Assembly: GCA_025558095.1 (NCBI GenBank)
Contig: JAIVFI010000001.1
Location: 992,001 to 1,056,000, forward strand
DNA length: 64,000 nucleotides
From: Hyaloraphidium curvatum SAG 235-1
Taxonomy: Eukaryota > Fungi > Monoblepharomycota
Reading direction: 5' to 3'
Position 1 is the first letter of the stretch. Each line of letters starts with the position of its first letter. Below the pieces are notes generated by a model. It searched no databases. It was not told the origin of the DNA and saw only the letters and a list, made by a program, of their open reading frames with translations. Shown here one piece after another: positions 34,459 to 45,678 of this stretch. The translations under genes and the position numbers were made by a program.

Positions 34459-36845
34459 TCACGCGCTGCCTTCCTTCTTCTTCTTTATCAGCTCAGCAAG
34501 TTCCTTTACCCTAGCCTTGATTTCCTTCTTCCCTTTGCCGGGCACCATCGGTGCGATCTTGTCCCATCTCTCGTTCGGGTTGTCCTTGTACATAGCCGCA
34601 GGGTGTTGCCGCAACGCAGCTTCGAGTGCTGCTTGCTGAACCGGGGTCCAGGTGTTGTCCGCAGGCGAAGCCGCCTGCTCTGCCGCGGCGCTCGCAGCTG
34701 CCGGCTCCTTTGGATCCACAATTGGTTTCTTCCCGCTTGCCGGCACCGAGTCCTTCGCAGACTTCTCGGGCGCCGCCTTCGGAGGCAATTTGGCCTGCGG
34801 TTGCGCAGCTTCGCTCTGCTGCGCAACGTTGCCGCGCACCACAGTCTCCTTGGCCCTAATCGCCTCCCGTTCGAGCTCCTCGTCGGCCTCGTAACGCATT
34901 GTCGGCGCCTCCTTGATGTCGACCTCGTGCTTCTTCATGCCCGAACCCACTGCCTGGAGGCGTTCCCGCTCTTGCTCCATGGCCACGGCCTGGCCTTCGT
35001 CCAGCTCCTTTGACATGCGGATGCACTCGTCAGGACGACGGAATCGCCGCTTCTTGGACTTCTCGTCCTCGTTCTCTTCCCCGCCGTGGGTATTGACGTA
35101 CGATGCAATCTTCTCCCATCTAGCACGAAGATCGCGTTAGCGACTCGAATCATGCACGGTGCTGCCCCCTACCTAGATGTGGTACCTCCGGGAAACAGTT
35201 TCACAGCCTTGATAAGAACGGCAATCTCCTTGGGCGACCAAGGCACCCCTTTGCTCTTCTCCTTGCTCTCGCGCTGCGCCTCCGCTTCGCTCCGCATCTG
35301 GTCCTGCTTCTTCTTCTCCTTTTCTCTCGAAGCTGCGTGTCGGGTTAGACTCTCGACCAGAACGAGCGGGCACCGCGACGTACCGCGCAGCCGTTCCAGC
35401 TCCTCCAAGTAGACCTCTCGCAAACGCTCTCTTCCTGCGGAATCGTCCGTCTGGCGAGTCCTGTAGCTTTCCAGCTGCTCGGCTTCGAGGGACTCGAGGA
35501 GATCGTCCAGACGAACTGCCTCTTCCAGGAGAGCGACCTGCTGTTGCTCATCCTCGGGAAGATAGAAGGCGTTCGCCTTGGCGTGGTCCCGAATCGCCTT
35601 TCTGTCCTTCCGCGCCCTGTTCTTCCGGGCCTCGCGTTCCTTCTTCTCCTGCTCGGCTTGCAGCTTCTCTTCGCGTTCCTTCTCCTCTTTGGCCCTGCGC
35701 GCTTCCTCCTCTGCCCTTTGCTTCTCCTCCGCGGCGCGCTTCGCAGCTTCTTCCTTTTCGAGCTTCTTGGCCGCCTTGGCCAGCCTTTCCTCGTCTTTGA
35801 AGCGCTGTAGCCGCGGGTCCGCGCGCATGGCGTTCTCGACCAGAGAGATCAGGCGCGCATTGTCTTCCTTCTTCAGCTTCAGACGAGCATTGCGGTTGCC
35901 ACGTTCAATCCAGCGCTTTTCCTCCCGGCTGCGGGCATGATTTAGGAACCGTTCTTGTAGTTCCATTGAGGAACTCACCTTTCAGCCTTTTCCGGATCCT
36001 CCTCGTCGTGTGCCTCGAAGGTCCGCCAGCTTTCGAAGCCCATCCAGAATTCATAGAAGGCGTCAACCTCCTCCTTGCTCGCGTCGGGACCGCCTAGCTC
36101 AGGTACGGGCTGAACCTTTGACCACCGGCCGTTGCGATCGAAAACGGGGCCGTATGTGGCAAAGAAATCGGCGCCCGGCTTCAGTTTCGCAGGCGGAATG
36201 GCATCATCGTAGGTGGGATCCACAGAATCCCACTGCTGGCGCTTGACGGGGTCCGACAGCACCTCCCAAGCTGGAGAGAAGAATGGCGAGTCAGGACCAA
36301 ATCACGGAGACGGACGAGGCGGAGCTCACCCTTCTGCACACACTTGAAAAAGGCGTCGTCGGACAGATCGTCCTTCTTGTCAGGGTGGTGCTTGAGAACC
36401 TTCCGCCGGTCTAGAAGCTCGAGGTAAGACCCCCGGATGCGACCTCAACCGGTGCCAGGCATGACCCACAGGCCTTCCGAATATCGTCATCCGTCGCACG
36501 CCAACGCAGCCGACTTAGGCCGAGAATGGCATAATGATCCTGCGACTTCCATTCCAGCGGATCGCTCGCGAGCAGCGCGGCCGTCTCCTCCTCGTCCTCG
36601 TCGAGCGAAACATCCTCGCCCGCGGTGACCGCGATCGCGGCGCGCATGCGCTCATCCTCCGAGAGCGTGCGATTGTGCCGGCGCCGCCTGGCATGGGCCA
36701 CGAACCCGGCGCCGAAGGGTTCGAGGGCTAGCGAGACGGGGTGCGCCGCGGGCGCATGGACCACCGTCTCGACGTTTGCCGGCCAGGACGGCGGAGGCGG
36801 ACCAAGGACGAGCAGCGGGAACTCGTAGGGAGCCAGGGCAGCCAT
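34459..36845 (-). CDS. ZUO1: Ribosome-associated J-protein zuotin/DNAJC2 (MPP11 type) with two SANT domains
   Basis: WKSQDHYAILGL, HHPDK, FESWRTF, WSPKEIAVLIKAVKLFPGGT, and WTPVQQAALEAAL...RWDKIAPMVPGK. Confidence 0.95.
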
Positions 36846-36905
36846 TCCGTCCAGCATATCGTCGCCAACGGCGGTTTGTTTACAGTACTTTCCGCCGCTG
36901 GTACA

Positions 36906-38171
36906 TCAACCTTCGAATCTGATCAAGTTGAGCACCTCCGCGGCCGACGCCCCATCGTCCAGCTCAAAGTTTTCCCTCTCCACGATGGCAAAGTAGGGCA
37001 AGCGTTCTCGGAAGTGATCCATCAGCTCGCCCGAGTTTGATCGCTTGAGGAGGGCGCGCCACAGGCGGCCAGGGAGGCCAATTCGCGATCGGATGAGCGC
37101 GCCCGTGTCCTTGATCACGATGCCCCGCGTCAGACCGATGCCTCCGAGGACGTAAGCCAGCTCGTGCGAGCCGGGTGCGTCGACTTCGACCTTTCCGACA
37201 AAGTGCTGAGGTTCGAGGTACGGCGATATGACCACATCGGGCAGCTCCTCGTCCGGGCCAATTGCCTGCAGAGGGGCCACAGACAAGTAGGAGTTGGCAA
37301 ACACGTATCGCCGCGCAAGGACAAAAGCGTCATCGCCTCCAACCGCGTGGTCCCGACCCGGCCAGAGCGATTCTGCGATCGCGTTCGGGAAGGCCGCCAG
37401 GATGGTCCTTTCCTTCTTCAGAAGCCTATCCAGCAGCGTCTCGGAACTCGAATCCGCGAGATCCGGTCGCAACGCCGGAGGGCCGCGCCGACGGACGAGG
37501 TCAAACAGCCCCGCGTAGGCAGGCGTAAAGATGCCCTCCTGATCCTCGTCCATGGGCTCCCCTGTCTCCGAGAAGCAATAGAATCTCCGGTACGGCGACG
37601 AAACTACGAATATCAGAGGATGCTCGGTGGGCACGCACGACATGACGCGGCGAAGACGGCCGGAGAACGGGTTCGCCGCGGCGAAGTCCTCTTCCTTCTC
37701 GATAATCTCGCGTATTCGCCAGACCAGAAACCGTTTGGACACGCGGTACTCGTCCGGATGAGATCGGCATGAAAGTACGTCGCGATGGATCCCGTGACAA
37801 AAGTCTGCGATCGGATCGTCCGGAACGCGTGCCAGCATCGAGGACGACAGGTCCGCGAGGTTCCGCCGCTCTTCCTGCAGCCGTTCTCGGAAGACATGCT
37901 TCGCCGACCTGCGTTGTCCCCCGTATTCCAGCTCAGCGGCAAGACGCGGTCCACCGAAGCGACGCTTCAGATGCGCTAGCCACGCCCTGCCCGCGGCGGT
38001 CTGCCACGTCCTGCACACCGATTCGGCGCGGCCGAGCGTGGAAGGTGCGTCGAGACGCTCCAATACACAAACAACGAGGTCCTCAATCTCGAACAGGGGA
38101 TGCGGCGGCTCGCCCATGGTGTTTTGTGCGGGCCTCGTCTGAAGCTCCGTTGCCGGGACCTGATCGTCCAT
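36906..38171 (-). CDS. F-box-like protein with uncharacterised C-terminus
   Basis: EDLVVCVLERLDAPSTLGRAESVCRTW is an F-box pattern. Intronless ORF. Confidence 0.65.
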   Translation of the reverse strand: MDDQVPATELQTRPAQNTMGEPPHPLFEIEDLVVCVLERLDAPSTLGRAESVCRTWQTAAGRAWLAHLKRRFGGPRLAAELEYGGQRRSAKHVFRERLQEERRNLADLSSSMLARVPDDPIADFCHGIHRDVLSCRSHPDEYRVSKRFLVWRIREIIEKEEDFAAANPFSGRLRRVMSCVPTEHPLIFVVSSPYRRFYCFSETGEPMDEDQEGIFTPAYAGLFDLVRRRGPPALRPDLADSSSETLLDRLLKKERTILAAFPNAIAESLWPGRDHAVGGDDAFVLARRYVFANSYLSVAPLQAIGPDEELPDVVISPYLEPQHFVGKVEVDAPGSHELAYVLGGIGLTRGIVIKDTGALIRSRIGLPGRLWRALLKRSNSGELMDHFRERLPYFAIVERENFELDDGASAAEVLNLIRFEG

Positions 38172-38431
38172 CACTCACCAGATGGAGGACGTGAAAAACC
38201 GCAGAATTTGCATGACGAAAAGATCGTATCTTCCTTGAAACGCTACATGGTGTTTTTTCCTTCGGTATCTCCCTGGCATCCAACGCAACCGTGATTAGTC
38301 TATACCCGTCCCTCTCCTTTTCGTGTGCAATCATCAGAGGTAAGCAAATCGTCACTGATTGGGGAACCGCGCGTGAGATCGATTGCTTGCCAAGCAGCAC
38401 GCATGCAGAAGGCCGACGCACCTTGGTCTCT

Positions 38432-41400
38432 TCACGACCTTTTGGCACCGCCCTCCATCTTGGCCTTGACGCTCCCCTGGGCCACCTGCCCCGCGTACTC
38501 GGCTTCCGCGGGGGCCTCGGCGTAGGCATCCGCGCCCCACTGCTTCTCGGGCACCCTGCGCTCGACGTGGTGCTTGTCGCCGCTCCTGCCGCGCCCGCGC
38601 CTGCCGCCGCGGTCCGCGTACTCGCCGCGCGCCTGGCCAGCCATCCACCCGTCCGCGTCGCCGGCCTCGTCGTGCGACGGAGGCGTCCCGGCGCGGTACC
38701 CGCCCCTGGACGGCCCCGTGGTGCGGCCCTTGGACCGCGCGCGGGCCGAGGGGTGGTGGGCGACCGGCTCCGCCGAGGCGAGGTGCGCGGCCTCGTCGAG
38801 CGAGTCCACCATGGTGACGCTGGTGCTGCTGCGCTCCATGGGGTACAGGCCGGGGGGCATGTCGGGGTGGGCGGCGGCGCGCAGGGGCCCGCGGAAGCCG
38901 TCCATCCCGTCCGCGGGGCGGCCGCCGGCGGGGTCGACGCCCGAGGACGCGCTGCTGTGCGGGCTGTTGGCGCGGAACGAGACGATGGCGGGGTCGATGA
39001 AGGCGCGGCCTTCGCGGGGCCCGCGGGCGGGGACGCCCTGCTGTCCGGGGTGCGCGCCGGGGTGCGCCTGCGGCGGGTATCCGTGCATGGGCACGCCGCC
39101 GGGGAAGCCGTGGCCGCCCGGGTGCCCGCCCGCAGGGAACCGCCCCGTCTTTTCCATCCACGCGCGCTCCATGGTCCAGCGGCGGATGTTCTTGAGCATG
39201 CCCAGCACGCTGCCGTCGTCGGGGTACTCCATGCCCGTGTCGTAGCAGAGCTGCCAGACCTCGGTCACGACCGCCTCGACTTCGGCCCACCGCCTGCGCT
39301 CCGCCTCGGCCTCGGCCGAGCGGCGCACCTGGTACCACCCCTCGAGGTGCTCCAGCCAGTTGCGCTCGATCTGGGTGTAGAGCATCTGGCGGTACTGCTG
39401 CTCGGTCATGAGGCGGTCCGAGATGAAGTGCTGCAGGAAGGTGCCGGTGGACGACATGGGGGTCGGCGGCTGCGTGGGCGAGGGCGGGGGGAGGCCGGCG
39501 GCGTAGCCCTGCGGCGGGGGTGCGGGGGGGTATGCGCCCGAGGGCACCGGAGGCGGGGGACCGGTCTTCTGCGCCATCATCGGGGGAGGGTGAGGGGGCA
39601 GGGCGCCGGTGGGGGAGAAGGGGCCGGGGAAGGGAGCGCCTGCGTAGTAGGGGGTGGGGGAGAAGGCGGTGGGAGGCGGGTGGCGAGCGCGGCCCATGTC
39701 GGCCTCGGTGCCGGCGGGAGCGACGGGCGCCTGCGCCGCGAACGCGCCGGGCGGGGGAGCCGAGAGCGTGGGCACGACGCCTGCGTCGGGGTATTGCGCG
39801 GCGGCCTCCGAAACCGGGTCCTCCTGCAGGATGATGTCGGCGTCGGTGACCTCCTCGAGCTCGTCGGGCACGGCCGCGGGCGACGCGCTGGTGACCTCGA
39901 ACTCCTTGGCCTCGAGGTTCCACGTGCGCGTGGGGCTGCGGCTCTCGGACCTCGTCGTCACGGCGTCCTCCTCAGCGTCGGTCGCTTCGGGCGACGCCTT
40001 GCGCGGCGACGGCACCGACTTGGAACGCTTGCGCGACGACTGCGGGGGAGGCGCGGCGGCGGCGGTTTCCGGCTCAGGCTCCGAGGCGGAGGCCGGCACG
40101 TCGGGCGTCTGCGTCGCAGCGGCGGCGGTCGGCACGGCTTCCGGCTGCGGGGCGGCCTCGGGCTGCGCGGCCTTGGCCTCGGCTTCGGCCGGCGGCTGCT
40201 CGGCGGCGGCGGCGGCGGGCGCATCGGCGGGCGGGGTGGGCGACGGCACGGCCGGCGGCGTGGCCGACTTGCGCGCCTTGGCGTCCGCCTTGGCCGCCTT
40301 GGTCGGCTTGGACTTGCGCGGGAGCTGCGGCGCGTCGCCGTTGGCTGGCGAGGGGGGCTGCTGCTCCGCCGATGCATCCTGCTGCCTGGCGTTGGCCGAC
40401 GACTTGCGCTCGCGCGGCTTCTTGGCCTCCTTGACGGCGGCGTGCTCCTCGGCAGCGGGCGCGGGCGCATCGGGGACCGGCGAGGGTGCCTGCTCGGCCG
40501 TGGGCTGCGCGGCGTCCGCGCGCTGCTGCTCGTCGGCGGGCGCGGGCGCAGGAGAAGGCGGCGCGGGTGCGGCCTCGGGCGCGTCGGCGGGCTGCGGGGT
40601 GGCGGCAGATTCGGTCCCGTTGTCCGGCTGCGGGGTCGGCGTCGGCGTGGGGGCCGATGCGACCGGCGACTGGGCGGGCCCGGCGGCGGCCGCGGCTGCG
40701 GCGGCGGCGGTGCGCCTCGCCCAGATGGTCATGATCGGGGTTTCGAAGTCGCCGAACATCTGCATGTAGCTGGGGTCCCAGTTGCCGTCGGCCACGAGCG
40801 TCTTTTTCTCCTCGTCCGTGAAGCCGGGGCAGCGGATGAAGACCTTGAACACGACCTCGCAGAACATGTCCGAGACCTTGCGCAGCGCGGCGCGCTGCGA
40901 CGTGTCCGAGGTCAGGTGCGAGTACAGGCACTCCATGGAGCGGCGCGCGAGCTCGTAGACCAGGTCGCGCTGCGCGACGAGCTGCGCGGGCGGCTCCTGG
41001 GCGGCGTAGGGCGGGAAGAGGTGCCACGGGAAGAGCTTGACGACGGCCATGGCCATGATGAACGGGCGGTCCATGTGGCGGTTGGTCTGCCCTTGCTGGT
41101 AAAGGAAGGGGAGGCGGGACTCGCGGTCAGCAGAGGCAACTAGGCGGGAAAGCCGGGGGGACGCACGATGGGGTCCTTGCAGATGCGCAGCAGGCCGTCC
41201 ACCGACTCGCGGGTCACGTATGTCTGCTGCGCCTCGGGCACGCCGCGCACGTAGGGCGGGAAGATGGCCGCCAGCAGGTCCTGGTACGAGGCGCGCTGCG
41301 GGTGCAGCGTGGTGCAGAACTCGCGGTCGAGGCGCTCGTCCTTTGTGCGCAGCACCTCGTCGGCGTGTGCGGCGTCGAGCAGCACGGCGTACACGACGGG

Positions 41401-41905
41401 CAGCAGCGCGCCGGGGACGCGGCGGTCTGCCAGCTGCGGCGGCGCGTATGCGACGGGCACGAACGCGGCGAGCGGGCGGAACGGCGCGAGGAAGCGCTCG
41501 ATGTCGCGCGTGGCTGTGTTGTAGTGCGGCGGGCCCATGGCGAGCACCGGCGGGCCGGCGTCGGGCGGCGCGGACGCGGCGCGGCCGGGGGGCTGCGCGG
41601 GGCTGTTAAAAGGGGGCCGGGGGGCGTTTTAAGGGGCGGCCGGGGTCGGGGGCGGGGTTCCGGGCCCGGCAGTACCGGGAAAAAGGGCGGAAAAGCACGG
41701 CAAGTTAGAGCGCTCCTCAGCGGCAGCACGGGGCGACGCACCGCGGGCGCGCGGCCGGGGGCGGGCGGGCGCGCGGGTTGGCGGGGGCCGCGTCGCCCGC
41801 GGGGCCGCCGGGGCCGCCCGCGCGCAGCCCGGCCTTCATGCGCGTGGCGTACGTCGCGCCGGCGGCGGCGGGCGGCCCGGGCTCGGCGGCGACGGCGGTG
41901 GACAT
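38432..41905 (-). CDS. Large protein with an N-terminal RRM-like fungal domain and long Pro/Ala low-complexity regions
   Basis: ATG at 41905, intron ~41741-41603 and a second intron near 41100. Motifs DIERFL, ASYQDLLAAIFP, YVTRESVDGLLRICK and RPF...KLFPW. Strong GC3 bias. Confidence 0.6.
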
Positions 41906-42432
41906 CGGTGCGGGGAGAAACGAGAACCGCGGGGGAGGGCGTCGACCGCAGATCATCAAAAATGCTCCGGCCCGGCGTGCACCCGCGGGGACCGGATCGG
42001 GCCGCGACCGCCCGGAACTCGCATCGTGGCACCGACGAAAAAAGGAATCCGGGGCTGGCGGCGTCGCATCGGCCGAAACGGTGGGGACGCCTCCCTCGGG
42101 GGCCGCTCCCGCCCCACGTGCTCACCCGCCCGCGCGTCATCCGCGCCCAAAACTCCCACAATGGAAGCTTCAATGTATGGCTACAGGACTGCATTGCTGT
42201 TGCCGTTTTCCTACGCGATGCCGGGGAGATCACGCGGGCAGAAGGGGAGGCTCTCTCAAAAAGGGGTCTCGTCCAAGCAGGTGAAGCGGCAAATCCTTCA
42301 GGCCGTTTCGCAACCTCTCCCACCGTTTCCCGGGGCCATCGCTGCTCCATCCCGCACCGGGTTCCTCGACCCGTCGCACCTCCCGTCCTCGCTGCTTTTC
42401 CCGGCCGGCGCACCCCCCCGCTCTTCCCCGCG

Positions 42433-43405
42433 ATGGCCCCCGCCTCGGAGATTTCCTACGACGGCCTGACGACCCTCGCCGTCAGCTTCGCCGCCGAGGG
42501 CGTGCTGCACGTCGTGCTCAACAGGCCGAACCAGCTCAACGCCATGTCGCCCGCGTGGGAGCAGCCTGCCTGACGCCCGGTCGGCCGGACCGCTGAAACC
42601 CCGCCCCCGACCACGCAGCTTCTGGCGCGAGTTCGAGGAAACCTTCCGCAAGATCGCGCGGGACCCCCGCGTCCTGTCCGTCGTCATCTCCGCCAACGGC
42701 CGCCTCTTCACCGCGGGGCTCGATTTGAAGGCCAGCGGCATCGTCTCCCCCGGCTCGGGCACCGGCGGCGGCGACGTTGCGCGCAAGGCGTTCCACCTGC
42801 GCGAGGAAATCCTGGCGACGCAGGAGCCGTTCAACTGGATCGAGCGTTGCGGGAAGCCCGTAGTCGTCGCGATCCACTCCAAGTGCGTCGGAGGCGGCGT
42901 GGACCTGGCGAGCGCCTGCGACATTCGCTATTGCTCAGAGGACTCAGAGTTCACCATTAAGGAGGTAGACGTGGGTGCCGTGCTGCTGGCTCCTTTGGTG
43001 CCCAGTTGACCCCCTTTTGTCCAGGTCGGGCTGGCGGCGGACGTCGGTACCCTCGCCCGCTTCCCCCGCATCGTCGGCAACGACTCCGTGGTCCGCGAGC
43101 TGGCCTACACCGCGCGGTGGTTCGGCGCCAAGGAGGCCAAGGAGATCGGGTTCATCGGCCGCGTGCTGCCCACCAAGGAGGCGGCGGTGCAGGCCGCGAT
43201 CGAGACGGCGACGGTGATCGCGTCCAAGAGCCCCGTGGCGGTGCAGGGGACCAAGCACAACCTCCTCTACAACCGCGACCACAGCGTGGAGGAGGGCAAC
43301 AGATTCGTGGCAAACTGGAACGCCTTTGCGCTGCAGAGCGAGGACGTCGGCAAGGCGGTGATGGCGAGCCTGGCCAAGAAGAAGGCGACGTTCGCCCGGC
43401 TGTAG
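42433..43405 (+). CDS. ECH1: Delta(3,5)-Delta(2,4)-dienoyl-CoA isomerase (crotonase family), peroxisomal
   Basis: LNRPNQLNAM, FTAGLDL, CVGGGVDLASACDIRYC, KEVDVGLAADVGTL, and C-terminal PTS1 -ARL. Confidence 0.92.
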
Positions 43406-43583
43406 GCTGCACGAGTGCCGGGAGGATAGATCGGCCCGTCATCCGCATTCGCTTTCCCGGCCGTTGAACCTCGATGGGGACGGTGGCGAACGCCGATCAG
43501 CTGACGTATCAGCCGCCGTGGCCTGTGATCGCGAGGGAAAAGTGGTTTCCCCAATCGTCCCCGCCCCTCTCCCCAGGGAAGGG

Positions 43584-44873
43584 ATGGAGGCGGTGGACGT
43601 GCGCCCGCACTCAGCGGCGCGGCGGCCCGTGCGGCTGCTGGGCGGGTTCCGCGAGTCCGCGTGCGGGCCGAGCGCCAGCCTGCCGGGCGACGGGCGCGTG
43701 AGGGTGCGGCCCGACCCGCTGTCCGTGCTCTCGCTGAGCGGGAGCGGCGCCACGTGGATCGACGAGGACGCGGAGAACGCGGCGGGCGCGTCGCTGGGCC
43801 GCACGCCGGAGGCCGGCCGACCCCTGGGGCTGCACTCTGGCGGAGGGCACTCTGGCGGAGGGCACTCGGGCGGAGGGCCCTCGGGCGGAGGGCACTCGGG
43901 CGGAGGGCCCTCGGGCGGTGGGCACTCCGTTGTCGGCCAGCGGTCGGGCATCGCCCTCGCGCGCAGCCGCAGCGCCGTGCTCGCGCCCGCCGCAACCCAG
44001 AGCGCGCAGAGCTGGGCGCCGGACACCCCACGCCGCGTGCACACGCCCCCCGCGAGCCCCGTCGTCGAGCGCCAGCGGAGGGAGCGCGAGGCAAACAGCT
44101 TCCTGTCGGCGGAGCGGGAGCGGCGGAGGGAGGGCCGCTTCGAGCCCGCACCCCGCCCCGCGAAGGAGCCGCCCGCCGCCCGCTCGCCAAACGCCGCCCG
44201 CTCGCCACACGCCGCCCGATCGCCCAGGACGCCGAAGATGGACGTGCGGCAGAAATCGTTCCGGCTGCCGCCCAAGGAGCCCGAGCCCGAGGCCCCCGCG
44301 CCAGGCACCTCGCCCGCCGACGGCTCGTCCAGCGGCTCGGCCGGCGGCTCCACCAGCGCATCGGGCTCGACCGCCGCCGACCGCCCCGCGCCGTCGCGCC
44401 GCAACTCGGACCACTCGGGCTCCACCGCCGGCCCAGCCGGCCCCGCCCCGCGCCCCGGCCCCGGCCGCGAGGCCAAAATCACAATCACCTACCACGAGGA
44501 AATGTCCGGCGCCCCCCCTCCCCCCGGCGTCGAGCCCCTCCGCCTGCACTGGCGCCAGGACGGCGACGTCGACGCGTGCGCGCGCTGCTCCCGCGCCTTC
44601 GGCTGGCTCGTGCGGCGGCACCACTGCCGCGTGTGCGGCGACGTCTTTTGCCACGCGTGCTCCTCCGCCACCATCCGGCTGGACATGTACTGCAGGCCGC
44701 ACCCCGCGGGCGTGCCCTCGCGCGCGTGCGCGGGGTGCTTCGCGCTCGCGGCGGGGAACCTCGGCGCCGGCGCGGGCGCGGTGGCGTCGCGGGGGGCGCC
44801 GCCGTCGGCGTCGATCGACAGCCTGATCGACTCGGTGCAGGTGATCCTGGGGGTGAAGGCGGAGGGGAGCTGA
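43584..44873 (+). CDS. FYVE zinc-finger protein with a disordered N-terminus (start uncertain)
   Basis: WRQDGDVDACARC...RRHHCRVCGDVFCHACS...RACAGC. Confidence 0.8.
   Translation: MEAVDVRPHSAARRPVRLLGGFRESACGPSASLPGDGRVRVRPDPLSVLSLSGSGATWIDEDAENAAGASLGRTPEAGRPLGLHSGGGHSGGGHSGGGPSGGGHSGGGPSGGGHSVVGQRSGIALARSRSAVLAPAATQSAQSWAPDTPRRVHTPPASPVVERQRREREANSFLSAERERRREGRFEPAPRPAKEPPAARSPNAARSPHAARSPRTPKMDVRQKSFRLPPKEPEPEAPAPGTSPADGSSSGSAGGSTSASGSTAADRPAPSRRNSDHSGSTAGPAGPAPRPGPGREAKITITYHEEMSGAPPPPGVEPLRLHWRQDGDVDACARCSRAFGWLVRRHHCRVCGDVFCHACSSATIRLDMYCRPHPAGVPSRACAGCFALAAGNLGAGAGAVASRGAPPSASIDSLIDSVQVILGVKAEGS
43832..43927. repeat. 15-bp coding minisatellite, about 6.4 units (HSGGG/PSGGG)
   Basis: gc(a/c)ctc(t/g)ggcggagg repeated in tandem. 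Confidence 0.95.
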
Positions 44874-45099
44874 GGTGAGGCGCCTCCGCACCGGGGCCGA
44901 CTCGGCCCCTCGCCGGGGTGCATGCCATTGGAAGACTTGGAAATGCTGACCTGTTTCGGACGGATTGGATTCTGGGGCTGTTTCTTGTAGAGATTTGGAA
45001 CTGAATCGTGTGACAGCTTCCCCTCCGCTCGTCAGGTGGCTGCTCGCGTCCTCCGTAGTCTGGGCAGCGGGGAGACAAGGACCGTTTCCTTCACGCGAA

Positions 45100-45624
45100 A
45101 TGCCGCTGTTCACGCCGGACGAATATCTCGCGCTGCTGCCGCACGGGCTGCAGGCCGCCGACCCGTTTGCCGAGGAAGGCGACGCGCCGGCGGCGGACCC
45201 GTCGGAGGGCGTGCGCGCGTCCGCCCTCGCGCCCGCCGCGCTGGTCCCCGCGATGGAGGCGCGCTTCCCGGCGCTGTGGGCGCTCTCCCGCACGACGCTG
45301 CCCGGCGGCTTCGCGGGCCTCGGGATCACCTCCGCCGGCGAAAAGTACGCCGCCGCCGCGCGGGAGCTCCGCGCGCTGCTCCTCGACGCCGAGCCGCCCT
45401 CGGGCCCCGGCGCACCGGAGCCCGCGCGCAGGCGGGTGCTGGCGCACGCGGAGATGCTAGCCGCGCTGGCGACCGGCGGCGACAGGGCGCTGTTCCTCGG
45501 GTTCTCCGTCGGGTTCGGCACGATCCGGACGCTCTACGTGACGATAGCTACCGTTGCATTTGCCGTCTGGGGCGTGCTGTGGGGGCTGGGCGTCGTCGTG
45601 ACGATGGACAATGTGTGCCGATAG
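45100..45624 (+). CDS. C-terminal part of a lineage-specific membrane protein (5'-truncated or short gene)
   Basis: GC3-biased ORF ending LFLGFSVGFGTIRTLYVTIATVAFAVWGVLWGLGVVVTMDNVCR. Confidence 0.45.
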   Translation: MPLFTPDEYLALLPHGLQAADPFAEEGDAPAADPSEGVRASALAPAALVPAMEARFPALWALSRTTLPGGFAGLGITSAGEKYAAAARELRALLLDAEPPSGPGAPEPARRRVLAHAEMLAALATGGDRALFLGFSVGFGTIRTLYVTIATVAFAVWGVLWGLGVVVTMDNVCR

Positions 45625-45678
45625 GCATTTGGCAAGGGGCAGAAAGCGGGCAGAAAGCAGCTCTGGGTGCCTAGCCTT

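Noticed and set aside
38291-41143. 950-aa plus-strand ORF and many other long Arg/Gly/Ala-rich ORFs
   Set aside because: These are shadow ORFs antisense to GC3-rich genes and have no domain motifs.
45671-45678. CTAG near the repeat end as a Helitron 3' terminus
   Set aside because: It is absent from copy 1, is not followed by T, and has no clear subterminal hairpin.
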